DNA of 57,162 nucleotides, the filler included, from Squatina squatina (taxonomy: Eukaryota), in assembly GCA_031763465.1 (NCBI GenBank). It is 4 parts of 3 records of this genome, joined end to end, with 100 filler letters (N's around TTAATTAATTAA, not from the genome) between each part and the next. Parts side by side here need not be neighbours in the genome. Positions count along the whole stretch, not along the records: positions 28,501 to 41,417 come from JARFOE010000001.1; positions 41,518 to 57,162 come from JARFOE010000001.1; 2 more parts are not named here. One strand, written 5' to 3'. The translations under genes were made by a program, and so were the position numbers. The number at the start of each line of letters is the position of its first letter. The first letter of the stretch is position 1. The notes beneath the pieces are model-generated. The model ran no database searches. It had not been told where the DNA came from and saw only the letters and a list, made by a program, of their open reading frames with translations. Shown here in pieces: positions 39,422 through 53,251 of the stretch.

Positions 39422-41417
39422 CTGAAATAAGAAACATAAAACAATTACATAAAAACATCTAAAAAATAACTGCAATAATAATTTCCAAAACAAACATCTC
39501 AACTATACTGAATCTGTAAATAACCCAGCAGTGCAGTAATTATAATTCAAAATGCTGCAGATTGTGAGTTAGAGCCTCAGTAGCAACCAAAACACTAATC
39601 CAAACAATCTTTTTAATTGATCCTGCTCTCATCGGCGCACTAGTGGAAGCATTCCACCCAGGCAGAGCTAACTCACCATCCTTCCCCCTCCAGTTTCCTA
39701 TTGGTTGAGCTGCGCTACAAGAGTGTTTAAAATAGTGGAGTGTGCTGCGGTGACGTCCTGCCCTCTTAACCAGTGTAATGGTCAGAAAACATGTCGGGAA
39801 TAAGGAATGTTTTAAACAAAAATATTTTGCTCCTATTTAAGAAGTTACTTTTTTTTTTAAAACCACCTTCTTAGGGTTATCCAACATTTATAAAATGGGA
39901 AGGCGGACAGCAACCCGCTCCCAAGTCTCTTGCTAATACCACTCTTGAATCTGCCATTAGATATAGGAGAGAGGTGAAGATTGACTCAACCTTTGATTTT
40001 CCTTCCCTCTCTCTGGGAGAGAAAAGGGAAAGGATGAGGTCAGAAAATTACAGGAATGAACACACTATCCGACTACCTCTCAGTGCATACCAATCTACAA
40101 TCTAGATTTAACTGTTTTAAATTGATGATAAGGTTTGATGAAAAAAGGCAACAACTCTTTTGTTCCAGTTTTCAAATCTGGGCTTCCCTAACCAAATGAG
40201 CTGCACGCAGTAACTGTAAAGATTTTCTTCCAAATTCTGCCACTTTTTTTTTTTGAATCAATGTACTCAAATTACTACTCACCAGTGTTAACATAAAATA
40301 TTTTAGATGTAGACCGACATCTTGAAAAACGAAACTTAATGCAATCACACAAACTGTTCCCTCTTGGAAGATTTTAGATAAACTTAGGTATGACTGAATG
40401 CTCAGCATAAATCCGAATCTAAATAATTCCAAATGCATGCTCTTACATAGATATTCATAAATATGCCTTTTTTGCCATTTGCAATTTTAGTTTTATTTTG
40501 TGATTAAAAATATTGTGGTTTAAATTTATGTGGTACCGCATAAGTAACATTTCCCCATAATCTGTTCCCTGGTAATTCTGTAATGTCACAAAGACAATGC
40601 CATCTTGTAAATGCTATAACACTGATACATTTCTGGTAACAAAGTGGAAGGGAGTTTGCTTTTTTACAATAAACTTTTCCAGATACGGAGAAATGAATTC
40701 AAATTTGTAACCTTGTGCTTCAGAGGACATTCATAAACCACTGAAGCCTCACCACTATGGTTTATGAATGGCTTAGAATATCAAGATTAGATTGCAGCCT
40801 GACAACATCATTTTATTGTTGTACCTCTTCAATCAGACTGTTTACTTTGTTCCATCAATCTGTAGATCAAAACAGTTATCCAAGTTTCCAATACAATGTA
40901 ATCCTGATCATTCTAAGTCGTTAAGTGCAAAAATAATGAATTATTCAGTCATGTAAATTAGGCAATGCAAATAACATAGGAAAGTAAGAATCATTCAAAT
41001 TGGATGTGCAAACTTCAGGAATCTAGTTTCTAAGGAGAGGAAATCAAAGTTTGATTTTGAAAACAATGTTATTGATGTGACATTTTTGATGTACCAAACT
41101 CCAGTTTCAAGACTTTTGAAACGGCCTCAAGTGTTTAATTTTAAGAGCATAGTATTGTAGCACCAAATTAAGTTATTTTTATTTACATAATTAGTTTAGT
41201 TTATAAACAATTGTTCAATTCTACTTTAAAAAAATACTAGAAATGAACAATATAATTTTAGACATGCTAATAAAGAAGTCAGTCTTGCTTATTTAAACAT
41301 GATGCAGGGTATCTTCAAGTGTGAAGACATGGTTCACGAATGTCCTTTAGGAAAGGAAATTTGCTGTCCTTACCCGGCCTGGCCTAAATGTGACTCCAGA
41401 CCCAGGGCAATGTGGTT

Positions 41418-41517
41418 NNNNNNNNNNNNNNNNNNNNNNNNNNNNNNNNNNNNNNNNNNNNTTAATTAATTAANNNNNNNNNNNNNNNNNNNNNNNNNNN
41501 NNNNNNNNNNNNNNNNN
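41418..41517. other. Artificial scaffold linker (44 N + TTAATTAATTAA + 44 N)
   Basis: TTAATTAATTAA at 41462-41473, same layout. Confidence 0.95.
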
Positions 41518-41837
41518 CAATTCATGTTCCTATTAATTTGCCTGTATCCCAATTGCAGATACTAAGAGAACTACATGTTATTTTGATTTAGAATTGATCC
41601 ACCAATGATGCAACAGCACCAAACCAGCCTTTTCCAAACCTTTAGGTCCACCAACAGGACAAACTAGCAAGTAAGAAATCCAAGCACACAAAAGACTGTG
41701 TCCCCTGAGTTTTGAGAGCCAGGGTGTCTGGGCCTAGGGGCTATTATATTTCTCAGACTGTAGTTTGTACATGCATGCATTAATGAAGAGGAAATCATGG
41801 GCAGTGCACACCCAAACTCCCAATATGCACAAATGGT

Positions 41838-41931
41838 TTCTGACCTGAAACATTAACTCTGTTTTTCTCTCTCCATAGATGCTGCCTACCTGCAGAGTAT
41901 TTCTAACAATTTCTGTTTTTATTTCAGATTT
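41838..41931 (+). mobile_element. Penelope-type terminal repeat copy with the hammerhead core deleted
   Basis: TTCTGACCTGAAACATTAACTCTGTTT..GATGCTGCCT..GAGTATTTC..ATTTCAGATT, collinear with 50763-50867 minus 14 nt. Confidence 0.7.
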
Positions 41932-44166
41932 ATTTGCTTTTGTTTGAACATACTCTACTGGCAACTGAGTCTCCATGCTGGGACTGTGATTTTCTCTCCC
42001 TAATATGATGCAAAAATTAATATGTGTTTTTAGGCACTTGTGTGCTTTGAGAGAACAACAATGATCAGCTCTCAACAACGTTATTGCCAGTAACTGACAG
42101 GCAAAACTGACATCGTCAGGAGGTGTAGAAGAATGGAAGACTACTGTCTCAATTGAATAAAAAAGTAGTTATAGAATACTTATTTCACACTTCTGTGTTT
42201 ATCTCAGCTTTTAGCCAATTTTCATGTTAACGTCTTCAAATTCAGTGATGGTCATACTTAAAGTTATATGTACACTTTCCAAATGTCTCAAGTTAGAAAT
42301 TGCTCTAACTGAATCATCTGATAAAATAATTTTCAATAAAACTGTGATTTTAACTTAGTTTTAGCTTTTGAGGACTAATGATTTTTAAATTACTTTCATT
42401 TCAGTTAATGTGTGAGTTTCTGTCTGTAAAACCCAACTAACACAAATTGCAAGAGGAACAAATAGACCTTATCAAAAAAACCTGGTTTATAAAAAACCCA
42501 GATTAACAATCAAAATGTTACATTATAGCTTTAATATTTAAAAAGAGGAAACATTGCATCTGCTGAGGAAGATGGAGGGGAGGGGTGGGGGGGGAAGACA
42601 AAAAAGTAACTACTAACAGCTCTTCTAATATACAGCTGACGACATGTCTGATGCAACCTTTTCAAAAACACTATTTTGAAGAGTTTAATTTAGTTTCATT
42701 GTAAATACTGGGCAAGTTTGTAAATTGTTAGATCACGTTGAGGTGCAGTTTGATTACTTCAGCCATACTGCCTTTTAATCCAAACAATCCTTTATTTATC
42801 TTCAACTGAACTGTGCCCATGAGCAAGGATCTATGTAATACAGACACAAGGCACTAGCCACTGCGCTCTTCAAAGAGTTAACTAGACATGCTCGCAATCA
42901 AAGTTAACTTGATAATAGGTCCCTGCATTCACCTGCAGCTGTAAAGTACAATATTGACTGACATCGGTGAAAGCTTAAGAAAATAATCAGGGAAAGACCA
43001 GAATTATTCATTTATAAAATAAGCAACTTATGTGATTTCTGTTTAAACACCACACTTTAAACCTTGAAGGTTATCCAGATGATAAGCACTTACATAAACA
43101 ACTGAAGCTAGATAGATAGATAGAGAATTAGAATACTATTGCAAATGATCCCATCCAAATCTCATTAATGAGGAAAGTTATTAGAATTAACTCATAACCA
43201 TGTTGCTCTAGCAGTCCTCCCCACTTCTGAACTATTGATGGAATTTATAGATAGAGAACATTTATCCTCCATTCATAAACAGAATCCCAGCAGAGGCAGA
43301 GACTGTATTTCTCTTGACTGGCTGCAGCTGCCCTCTGCTGTTCAAAAGGCAAGTTGAAAGATTGGCTTGTGTAGTTGACTGCACAAACCCATATACAAAA
43401 ATAGTTTGGAAATTGTTTTTCTATATTAGATGGACTCAAGATTTTTTAAACATGCCAAGATATTGCATTAATGGCATATGCAATAATGAAATCATGTCAC
43501 CAATGGAAAATATATTCAAACTTTACAAGAAAAAAGATCAATAATTGCTATGAAAGAAATATGGCAATAAATATACACATTGTGATAACACACTTATGTT
43601 TTCATTGTTAACTACAGATAAATGGAGAAATCATCATTTGTTTGAAAACAAGTTTGGCTGATTAATGAAACTTGAAAGGCTACAACAACTGCTATTCAAA
43701 TCTCAAACTATTCTATTTAACACACTTAAATTACATTTGAATAAGTATTCAATGGTCCTATTGTTTATGAGTGCAATGATTGAAGTGTCAAGTGGTGGAG
43801 GCTTCTACTCTTATTTGTACTGGATCATGTACAGTCGCTTATAAATAAATATAAAATAAAAATTATGATAAATGCCGGGGCAGTAACATTTTAATCAGTC
43901 TGTAACTCCAGCTAGAGGGCTCCAATTCGAACAGATGAATGCTGATGATTTGTGAATGACTGTTCAGAAAGGAGAAAAGAAGTACAACTGAAGTAAAATG
44001 CAGCACGTGTTGCTCAAACATGGGAAGCAATCATTTCAACTTACAAGAAAAATCTAGACCCACCTGNNNNNNNNNNNNNNNNNNNNNNNNNNNNNNNNNN
44101 NNNNNNNNNNNNNNNNNNNNNNNNNNNNNNNNNNNNNNNNNNNNNNNNNNNNNNNNNNNNNNNNNN

Positions 44167-44200
44167 TCTCCCATAATGCACCCAACAGACCAAATATCCA
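44167..44200 (-). CDS. MAPK10: MAPK10/JNK3 kinase subdomain IX exon, 5' part (truncated by a gap)
   Basis: Acceptor ctctgtag, then (V)DIWSVGCIMG(E); phase matches the donor at 48169. Confidence 0.88.
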
Positions 44201-45635
44201 CTACAGAGAATGGGTGATGACACAAAACATTATAATTAGAATCATAAACATAGTGTAAAGGGGGAAAACATAGCTAGGGATGAGAAAATAAGTAACAATT
44301 AATTGAAGTCCCCAGGTAGAATATACCCGATATCCTGAAAGTTAAACAAACTCAAAAGGATATTAATGAAGACAATACACCAATACTGATTTTAAAAAAC
44401 AAATTAAAAAAAATTAAGACTCCAAATCACCTGGCCATTCTAAGCTAAGTACCACCAAAGAGAGATGTCAAGGTCTATGGGGAATTATAGTCAAAATTAT
44501 GTGCAAAAATTTATAATTTTCTATATTTATGACAACGTACAGCCAAGATACTAAATTAATTAATAAAGTATAATCCCGGCACACATTTCTGCAGAACATA
44601 AAACAGTGAGAAATGTGCAATGTGTCGGGAATAGAACATAGAGTTTGGCAACACCATTGGTGGCTCATTAGCAGAGAATGCCCTTGTTCATTGTAACGTA
44701 AATACAATTCATACCATAAGGAATAGGTTTCAATCAGATAACAGGATGCAAAGGAAACAACTAATTATTGTCTCTTTCCTCTTTACCACACCAGTATATC
44801 TGTCAAACATTATTCTTATCCATTATTAATTATTCATTAATAATTTATACACATTTCTATTCATCGTTGAGTCTAAATGTTGCCGATTGTGAGATTTCCA
44901 TAATGTTAAAGAAATAATTCATATTTTAAAAACAAAATGAAATAATAGTTCTGTTCGCCAACAAGTCTATGTAAACAATTGTAGCTACTGATCATCAACG
45001 AGAGTCTAAATGTTCTAGACCTATTTGTCAGCACGCCAATCTTGAAATTAATTTCCATTGAGGTGAACAATACGTAATAATCCAGAAACAAATGATAACT
45101 AAAATCAGGAGCATCGTCTCTGTGTAAAAATACTACGTTATCGCTTGCTCTTTTAGGATACCATCATCCAAAATAGAAGTTTGTCATTCTTACAGTACTC
45201 GACGCTGTAAAATTGTCAAGGAATTTTTCCTTCCCACAAGTGGCAAGAATGATAACTAAACAGGCCAGTATATCACTTACCTTGTGAATTCTCAATTTTA
45301 CATACTGAGTTCACTTTAAATAACTCAAAATATGCAGAGGACACAGAAAACAATTAGCCGCCTAATTAAAGGTAGAGTATGCTAATACAGAGATCTTGTA
45401 GTGATTTTGTTAGAATTGTTGATGCAGGCACAGAGTGACTTAGTTCTTATTATTCTGTCCTATAATCGGGATTCTTACACTCTTCACATTTTGTACTTAC
45501 AATGGAACAGTGTCCAATGCTGAATATAAATCAGATTCATGTGTTTAAGAATATTAGGCAGCTCAGTAGTGCAGTGCATTGTTCTGCCAAAATGCTATTT
45601 CACGGAGTAGCAAGATGTGCACCTGTACACATAAT

Positions 45636-46230
45636 GGGGTACATTTTAACTCGGGCCACCCGGCAAAAACAGAGGGGTAGTGGACCGGAAATGGCTTACC
45701 GCCTTGTTGACATGGCCAATGTCCTCAAAGGGACCTCCCTCTGGGTGGCCAGAGTGCTCTCCTGTTTCAGGATATAGGCCCTTTAGTATGCAAATCAGTG
45801 CCCTATGACCTACATAAGGGCCCAATTTAAATTATGACGGACAACTGGGCGGAGCGTGGACTGTGCACACTCCACCCAGTTCTACCAGGAGGCACAGTAG
45901 ACCAGGCCCCAAAAAGGTAAGTTTAAAATTGATTTTGTGAGATTAATTTGAGTTATAGTGCTCCTTTGGGCTCCACAAGAATGATATTGGCTGCTGCTGC
46001 CCCAGAGTCCCCACTTCACAATTACCACCCCACCCCCAGGACAGCCTCTGGAATTCCCAACATCACGCTAGTCTGGAGCTAGCAAGCTGCAGCGGGCACC
46101 TGTTTGGTGCCCACAGCTTGCTGGCAGCCTGGTAGTGAGGTCTTGCCCTCAAAATCCTCCCCACGGGCAGGGTCGGGTAGCTGGCTGATGTGCTTTGCTA
46201 GTCAACTGCCTGGCAGTTAAAATCCAGTCC
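45636..46230. mobile_element. 595-bp MITE with a 3-bp target-site duplication (PIF/Harbinger-like)
   Basis: Ends GGGGTACATTTTAACT / AGTTAAAATCCAGTCC (12 of 16 inverted match), flanked by AAT on both sides; GC-rich interior in an AT-rich intron. Confidence 0.6.
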
Positions 46231-47989
46231 AATAACTTCTCAATTTATCAGGGACTTCGAGGGCTAATTGGAGGCAAAGCACAAATCACAGGGGAGGAGG
46301 AAATAAATTGAGTGGAAATCCATTTGCACATATCTTAACATTACACAGTAGAACTGGCATAGATTTTGAATCAGATCTCCTGCCCTGCTCTGTTGGAATT
46401 GGGAACCTAAAGCTGGGAGAAAAATTGACAAGTGGGAAACAATGCATTTAAATTTATCCATATAGTGTANNNNNNNNNNNNNNNNNNNNNNNNNNNNNNN
46501 NNNNNNNNNNNNNNNNNNNNNNNNNNNNNNNNNNNNNNNNNNNNNNNNNNNNNNNNNNNNNNNNNNNNNAACATAGCACAGAAGGAGGCCATTTGGCTCC
46601 TCGTGCCTCTGTCAGTTCATGAAAAATTATGAAATTTTAGCCTAAAATGATATTGCATGATTAATGTACCTGTTCAAAATTAAGGTCAGGTAGTGTCTAC
46701 ATTAAAATAGCAGACAGAGGGATTTGATGTGACTGTTAAACATTTGTATGATAACATTGCACAGTGTAAATTCTAGGCTACTGTGATATTGTTATTCATT
46801 GAAATAAACTTGATATTTCAGTCCTTTGGTAACCCCCACCCATGAGAATATGAAATAACAGGTGTTTGTGATGTATCTTAAATTTCTTTTGGGGTTTACT
46901 AAGCAGGTTTGAATTTATAACTTATAGAAATATAGATAATGTTAATTACTAAACATCTAAATAAAACACTGACCCACTCTTTTTAGCTTAATGCATTATT
47001 CAAGCTAGTATGCATCCTGAATTAAAGTTTGATTATTTTGATCAGATAGCTCTATCCACTCAGTTAATTAAGAGTGTGTGTGTATGTGTGTGTTTGTCTA
47101 GTAAGTGCAGAAAAGACATATATGGGAAATTAAGCTGCAAAATAACATATCTAGCTTTTTGCTTTCAAGTATATTTTCTGGTAAGTGTCACTCGGTTATG
47201 TGTACAAAATGTACCAATTATTCTTCATTAAAGGTTTACATATTTCAAGTTACATCACAGGTTTTAATTCACACCCATCTTTATGAACTGTTTTTAAAAA
47301 ACATGAAGATATTTTTATCATTGAATCCTGATTTCTGTTTTCATCTTGAAAAGCTGCAGTTCCATGGTGATGACATATGCTATATATAATTACGTTACCT
47401 CTCACCAGCAAGAAATATATGTGCATCCCAGCCTATTGGCAAGATTGCTAGAATGAGCTACTGGCTACAGTATATCAGTGTGAAATGCCCAACAATATCA
47501 CAAATAGAAAGAAAATTGGAGAAACTGACGAGGTTCCTCCAGGATGCTTTGCAACCAAATAAAACATGTCAGTACAGTTCAAGTTTCATTTTTAGAAAAC
47601 ATACACTTATCCAACAGGTGTCAGGCGAGTGGTCTGTATTGATGACCATAGCTGAACTATGAAGGCAATATGGGCTGGGTTCTGGACCACAGCAATCCTC
47701 AACATTTACTCTTTGCCTAGGTAATTTCCTCCATCCCTCAATATTCCACAACCCTACCCAGTCACCTGACTGAGAGCTGACAAGCTCATCTAACCAGCCC
47801 AAGAGTTCATATGGCAATTGACCAGAGGATCTAGTTGGGATGGCCATTCTTTTGAATCTCATGGCTAATTGCCACATAAACTCTTGGGCTGTTTTGATGA
47901 GTTTGTCTGCTCTCAGCCAGGTGACTGGATGGTGTTGTAGATTATTGACTTGAATTACTGGACTGCCTTTAGATAAAACAATTACTTCA

Positions 47990-48355
<366 letters not shown>

Positions 48356-48460
48356 TCAAAGTACAACATAACTAAATAGCTTTGTGGTCACTTGTATTGA
48401 TACCAGTTCTTACTGACAGATTATTAAAAGTGAATTCAAATTCTCAAATTGCCAAGGTGG

Positions 48461-48634
48461 TATTTTAAGGCGTGTTCCCTGGATTATTGGTCTAGCCTCT
48501 GGATTACTAGTCCAGTCATATTTTAAGGCGTGTTCCCTGGATTATTGGTCCAGCCTTTGGATTACTAGTCCAGTCATATTTTAAGGCATGTTCCCTGGAT
48601 TATTGGTCTAGCCTCTGGATTACTTGTCCAGTCA
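48461..48634. repeat. Tandem repeat, 58 bp x 3, within a tRNA-like SINE head on the minus strand
   Basis: Unit TATTTTAAGGCGTGTTCCCTGGATTATTGGTCTAGCCTCTGGATTACTAGTCCAGTCA starts at 48461, 48519 and 48577. Confidence 0.9.
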
Positions 48635-48904
48635 CATAACCACAACACTACCATAAATGCCAGATTTGAACTAGCACTGAGAGGCAGCTCACCAATTGAG
48701 GGAGGGGGGGACGGTGTTGACGGTCACGGGAAATTTGGCAGCTCCTCCGTGAAGCCAAACCAGACTGGTGCCTTAAAGGAGCAAGAGGAGGCAATACTAG
48801 GGTGNNNNNNNNNNNNNNNNNNNNNNNNNNNNNNNNNNNNNNNNNNNNNNNNNNNNNNNNNNNNNNNNNNNNNNNNNNNNNNNNNNNNNNNNNNNNNNNN
48901 NNNN

Positions 48905-49418
<514 letters not shown>

Positions 49419-50178
49419 TCACAGGCAACAACTTTCCATTACATTAGTCGGTCATGGCTTAAAGGGGGATTCAACATTTATTTCAACTGTGAGAAAGACA
49501 ACAAAAAAAAAAGCTTTCGATTTCTATCCCTATTTTCTTGCTTCAGGAGGTGTTTGCAACTCTGCATCTACCCTGCAGCTGGGAGAACAGCGTGATGTGG
49601 CCCACAGAACATTCTTCAACTAAGATCAATGGTGCAACATGGTCACCCAGCAAGAGAATACAATATGGCTGGAGCAAGACCACTTACCTCAAGTTTCCCC
49701 TCTGTGCCCCTCATTAAGATGGAATGTCACATACAACCACATCATTCCATTTTGCAGCAGGAAATGGTTCTAAATTTATGCAACTGAGGAAAATGGTGGT
49801 TAGTTTTTGCACTCAAAGCTTAGCACTCTCAGGGTGTTTGCATACAGCAACATCAGCAATGCTCAGGTTGCCGCAACAGTCCAGAAACAGAGTCCGACCT
49901 GAGTCCACAGATCAATGATGAAAAACTCCTTGGAGAAGGTAGTCTCACACAGCTTCAGTTTAGCACTGCACAGAGTGCAACACTACAGCGATGCAAAACT
50001 GGGCTATAAAATTGCTCAGGAGGTCCTTAGNNNNNNNNNNNNNNNNNNNNNNNNNNNNNNNNNNNNNNNNNNNNNNNNNNNNNNNNNNNNNNNNNNNNNN
50101 NNNNNNNNNNNNNNNNNNNNNNNNNNNNNNTGTCACGTAAATTGACAGCTTTCCGACAGTTCTAGGTAATGAATGCTA

Positions 50179-50382
<204 letters not shown>

Positions 50383-50759
50383 TTAAGGAATAAAATCATA
50401 AGCAATGTTAGTCAAACTATTTGTGATCACAATGTTAGTACAGTTACTGAACGCCAACCCTGAAATCATGCCAAAAGATGCGAGAGTACAAATGCTGAGT
50501 ATGGTCTCCTGCAATCACTCTCTCCCCTATTTTAGTAGAGGAACTAATCTGTTTAAAATAAAGAGGTTAATGCCTCTGCTAAAACAGTAGAGATATCAAC
50601 AACACGTTAAACATTTGTACTAGTACTCCGTAGTGTAATTTCAGAGTTAATGTGATATGTTAATATTATGAGGGTTAGAGACAAATGGTTGCACAACATG
50701 ATAATATAGCAGGGTGTGATGTGTGGTGTTAGTGCTACACAGGGTTTGTAAATGTTGTT

Positions 50760-50798
50760 GAATTCTGACGAAGGATCATTGACCTGAAACGTTAACTC
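50760..50798 (+). ncRNA. Minimal type I hammerhead ribozyme motif (Penelope-type)
   Basis: GAATT-CTGACGA-AGGATCATTGACCT-GAAAC-GTT-AACTC: complete CUGANGA and GAAA boxes, stem II AGG/CCT, palindromic loop-less stem III, stem I GAATT/AACTC with one mismatch. Confidence 0.6.
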
Positions 50799-50892
50799 TG
50801 TTTCTTTCTCTACAGACGCTGCCTGACCTGCTGAGTATTTCCAGCATTTTCTGTTTTATTTCAGATTCCAGCATCCGCAGTATTTTGTTTTT
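50760..50892 (+). mobile_element. Penelope-type terminal repeat / short derivative
   Basis: Recurs at 41838 (+) and 20335 (-), and begins with the hammerhead motif typical of Penelope pLTRs. Confidence 0.65.
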
Positions 50893-51194
50893 GTAAATAC
50901 TGTGTCAGTTTACTCCAAATGCAAACCGAGAGATCGCAATTCAATAATATCACTTGGCAAACACTAAAAATGCTTCCAAACAACTTCAGAACAGACTAAT
51001 CAGGAACTCAGTCCATATCTGAGTAACTTGATAAATGCACTCAATGATTACATTATGATAATGAATACTGACACCATTAGTAATTCCCTACCCTTTACTC
51101 TGCCTTTTTTGTATTTTTTTCTCCTCTTTCTAAGTTTCCCTACATTATTTCTCAGTTGAACAGCATAGCAGGCAAACTGGCATCAAACAGCTCA

Positions 51195-51520
51195 CATAAG
51201 AGCATAAGAAATAGGAGCAGCAGTATGTCGTTCAGCCTCTTGAGCCTGCTCTGCCATTCAATGAGATCATGGTTGATCTGATTTTGGCTTCAACTCCACT
51301 TTCCTGCCTGTTCCCCATAACCCGTAGTTCAAAAATCTGCCTATCTCAGACTTGAATATATTCAATGACTCAGCCTCCACAGCTCTCTAGGGTAAAGAAT
51401 TCCAAAGATTGACAAAACTCTGAGAGAAGAAATTCCTCCTCATTTCCAACTTAAATGGCTGACCCTTATTCTAAAACTATGCCCCCTAGTTCTAGATTCC
51501 CCCATGAGGGGATGAAGCTG
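51195..51520 (-). mobile_element. CR1-type LINE 3' end
   Basis: Antisense GESRTRGHSFRIR, then the 3' UTR hairpin and CATAAGA repeats on + (tail). Confidence 0.85.
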
Positions 51521-52138
51521 TGTGTGTGTGTGTNNNNNNNNNNNNNNNNNNNNNNNNNNNNNNNNNNNNNNNNNNNNNNNNNNNNNNNNNNNNNNNNNNN
51601 NNNNNNNNNNNNNNNNNNNNNNNNNNNNNNNNNAAGTGAGGAGCAGCGAGGACTGTACGTGGAGCCCTGCACAGGCCCACGAGGCTCTGGAAGGATAATT
51701 CCAGAGAGACAGTTCCCAGATTCCCCAATTCATATTTAGTGTTCTCTTACTACTGAATAATGTATATATTTCACAGCCCTTCATCAGCTACCTTCTACGT
51801 GCTGCAGGAATACCCTTGAAAAAGAATAGATATATTTATGTCTTGGCTTGTTTCAGGAAAGTTCAGCAAAGAGAATATAATTTTTCATTTAGAAACTAGC
51901 TCAAAAAGAGTTGAAAGGCAAATGTAACCATTCTGAAACATCACCAAGGACTTCACTTATAGGTTTTTACGAAACATTGCAAATTTAGAATTTGTTGCCA
52001 ATTTATATTTACTGAACAGAATAACTGAGGTGTATTAGTGTATTTTGCTTGTTATACAGTATAAAGCATAATATTCCTCAAATTGTTTGAGTATAATCTA
52101 TACTTTTTGTTCATGAATGACATTGGCCTAACCTGTCA

Positions 52139-52492
52139 AACTTGCATTTAAATTGTCCTGTTCATGACCTCCAAAGCACTTCACATCCAATGAAGTACTT
52201 TTTAAGTGTAGTCACTGTTGTAATGTAGGGAAGACTGGCAGCCAGTTTGTGCACAGCACGATCCCACAAACAACAATGTGAATGCACAATCTTCTTTTTT
52301 CGGTGATATTGGTTGAAAGATAAATATTGGCCAGGCAGAACTCCACTGCTTTTCATTGAATAGTATCACGGGATCTTTTACATCCACCCAAAAGGGCAGA
52401 TGGGTCTCAGTTTAACACCTCAGCCTGGAGTGGGACTTGACCCTACAACCTTCTGACTTAGGGACAGGAATGCTATCACTGAGCCAAGGCTG
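52139..52492 (-). mobile_element. tRNA-derived SINE with Deu domain (SacSINE1/AmnSINE-related)
   Basis: Reverse complement has a tRNA-like head (TGGCTCAGTGATAGCA...GGGTCAAGTCCC), the core GGATGTAAAAGATCCC...CCTGGCCAATATTTATC.TTCAACCAA and an L2-like tail ending AAATGCAAGTT. Confidence 0.75.
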
Positions 52493-53074
52493 GCACCCAG
52501 CGTGGTACATAATTGTCATAACAATTATTTATACCATGTCAACTTTGGTGCTTCCACTGGCCTGTTTGGTGCTACAGCATAATCATGTGCTGTGAAAATG
52601 CACTAGCAGGCTAGTCACTCAGACACTTGTAATTCCACTAAGAAATGCATAGTTTCCCATTATCTACTATGAGAATACCTGGTGACCATGGGGTTGATTC
52701 AACAAATCCTGGTGCAGAGCTACATATGACAGAAGTGCATATCAGGAATTCTACCCCCATGTTGTCTCTCTCTGTATTGGGCGGAAAATAACAGGTTGCA
52801 ACCAGACAAATTTGACCCAAATGGTTGCTGGGAACACAGAAAGAGTTGGAAAAAATGTACAGGCAAGTCACTAGTTTCCTATAGGTTAGTGCTCATTCCA
52901 AGAGCCCTAATGCAGCAAATGATTTTCTGTTACATGGGTAACAGTTCCACTCAAGCATACCGGCTGGGAAAGAGTTCAAATGTGTGGATCTTTGCTGTTC
53001 ATGTGCTGCGCAGAATTCTTAGCTTGATACAGAAGGCTGAGATGCACGCTTGAAACAGTTACACTATATACTCA

Positions 53075-53251
<177 letters not shown>

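Noticed and set aside
39620-39790. CCAAT and CRE-like (TGACGTC) promoter motifs
   Set aside because: Short motifs expected by chance, in a presumed intron with no supporting transcript start.
41950-44066. MAPK10 3' UTR or remaining exons
   Set aside because: Plausible by position and AT content, but I found no coding exon or recognisable conserved block, so it is left unannotated.
52395-52492. tRNA gene
   Set aside because: Degenerate tRNA-derived SINE head; no complete cloverleaf.
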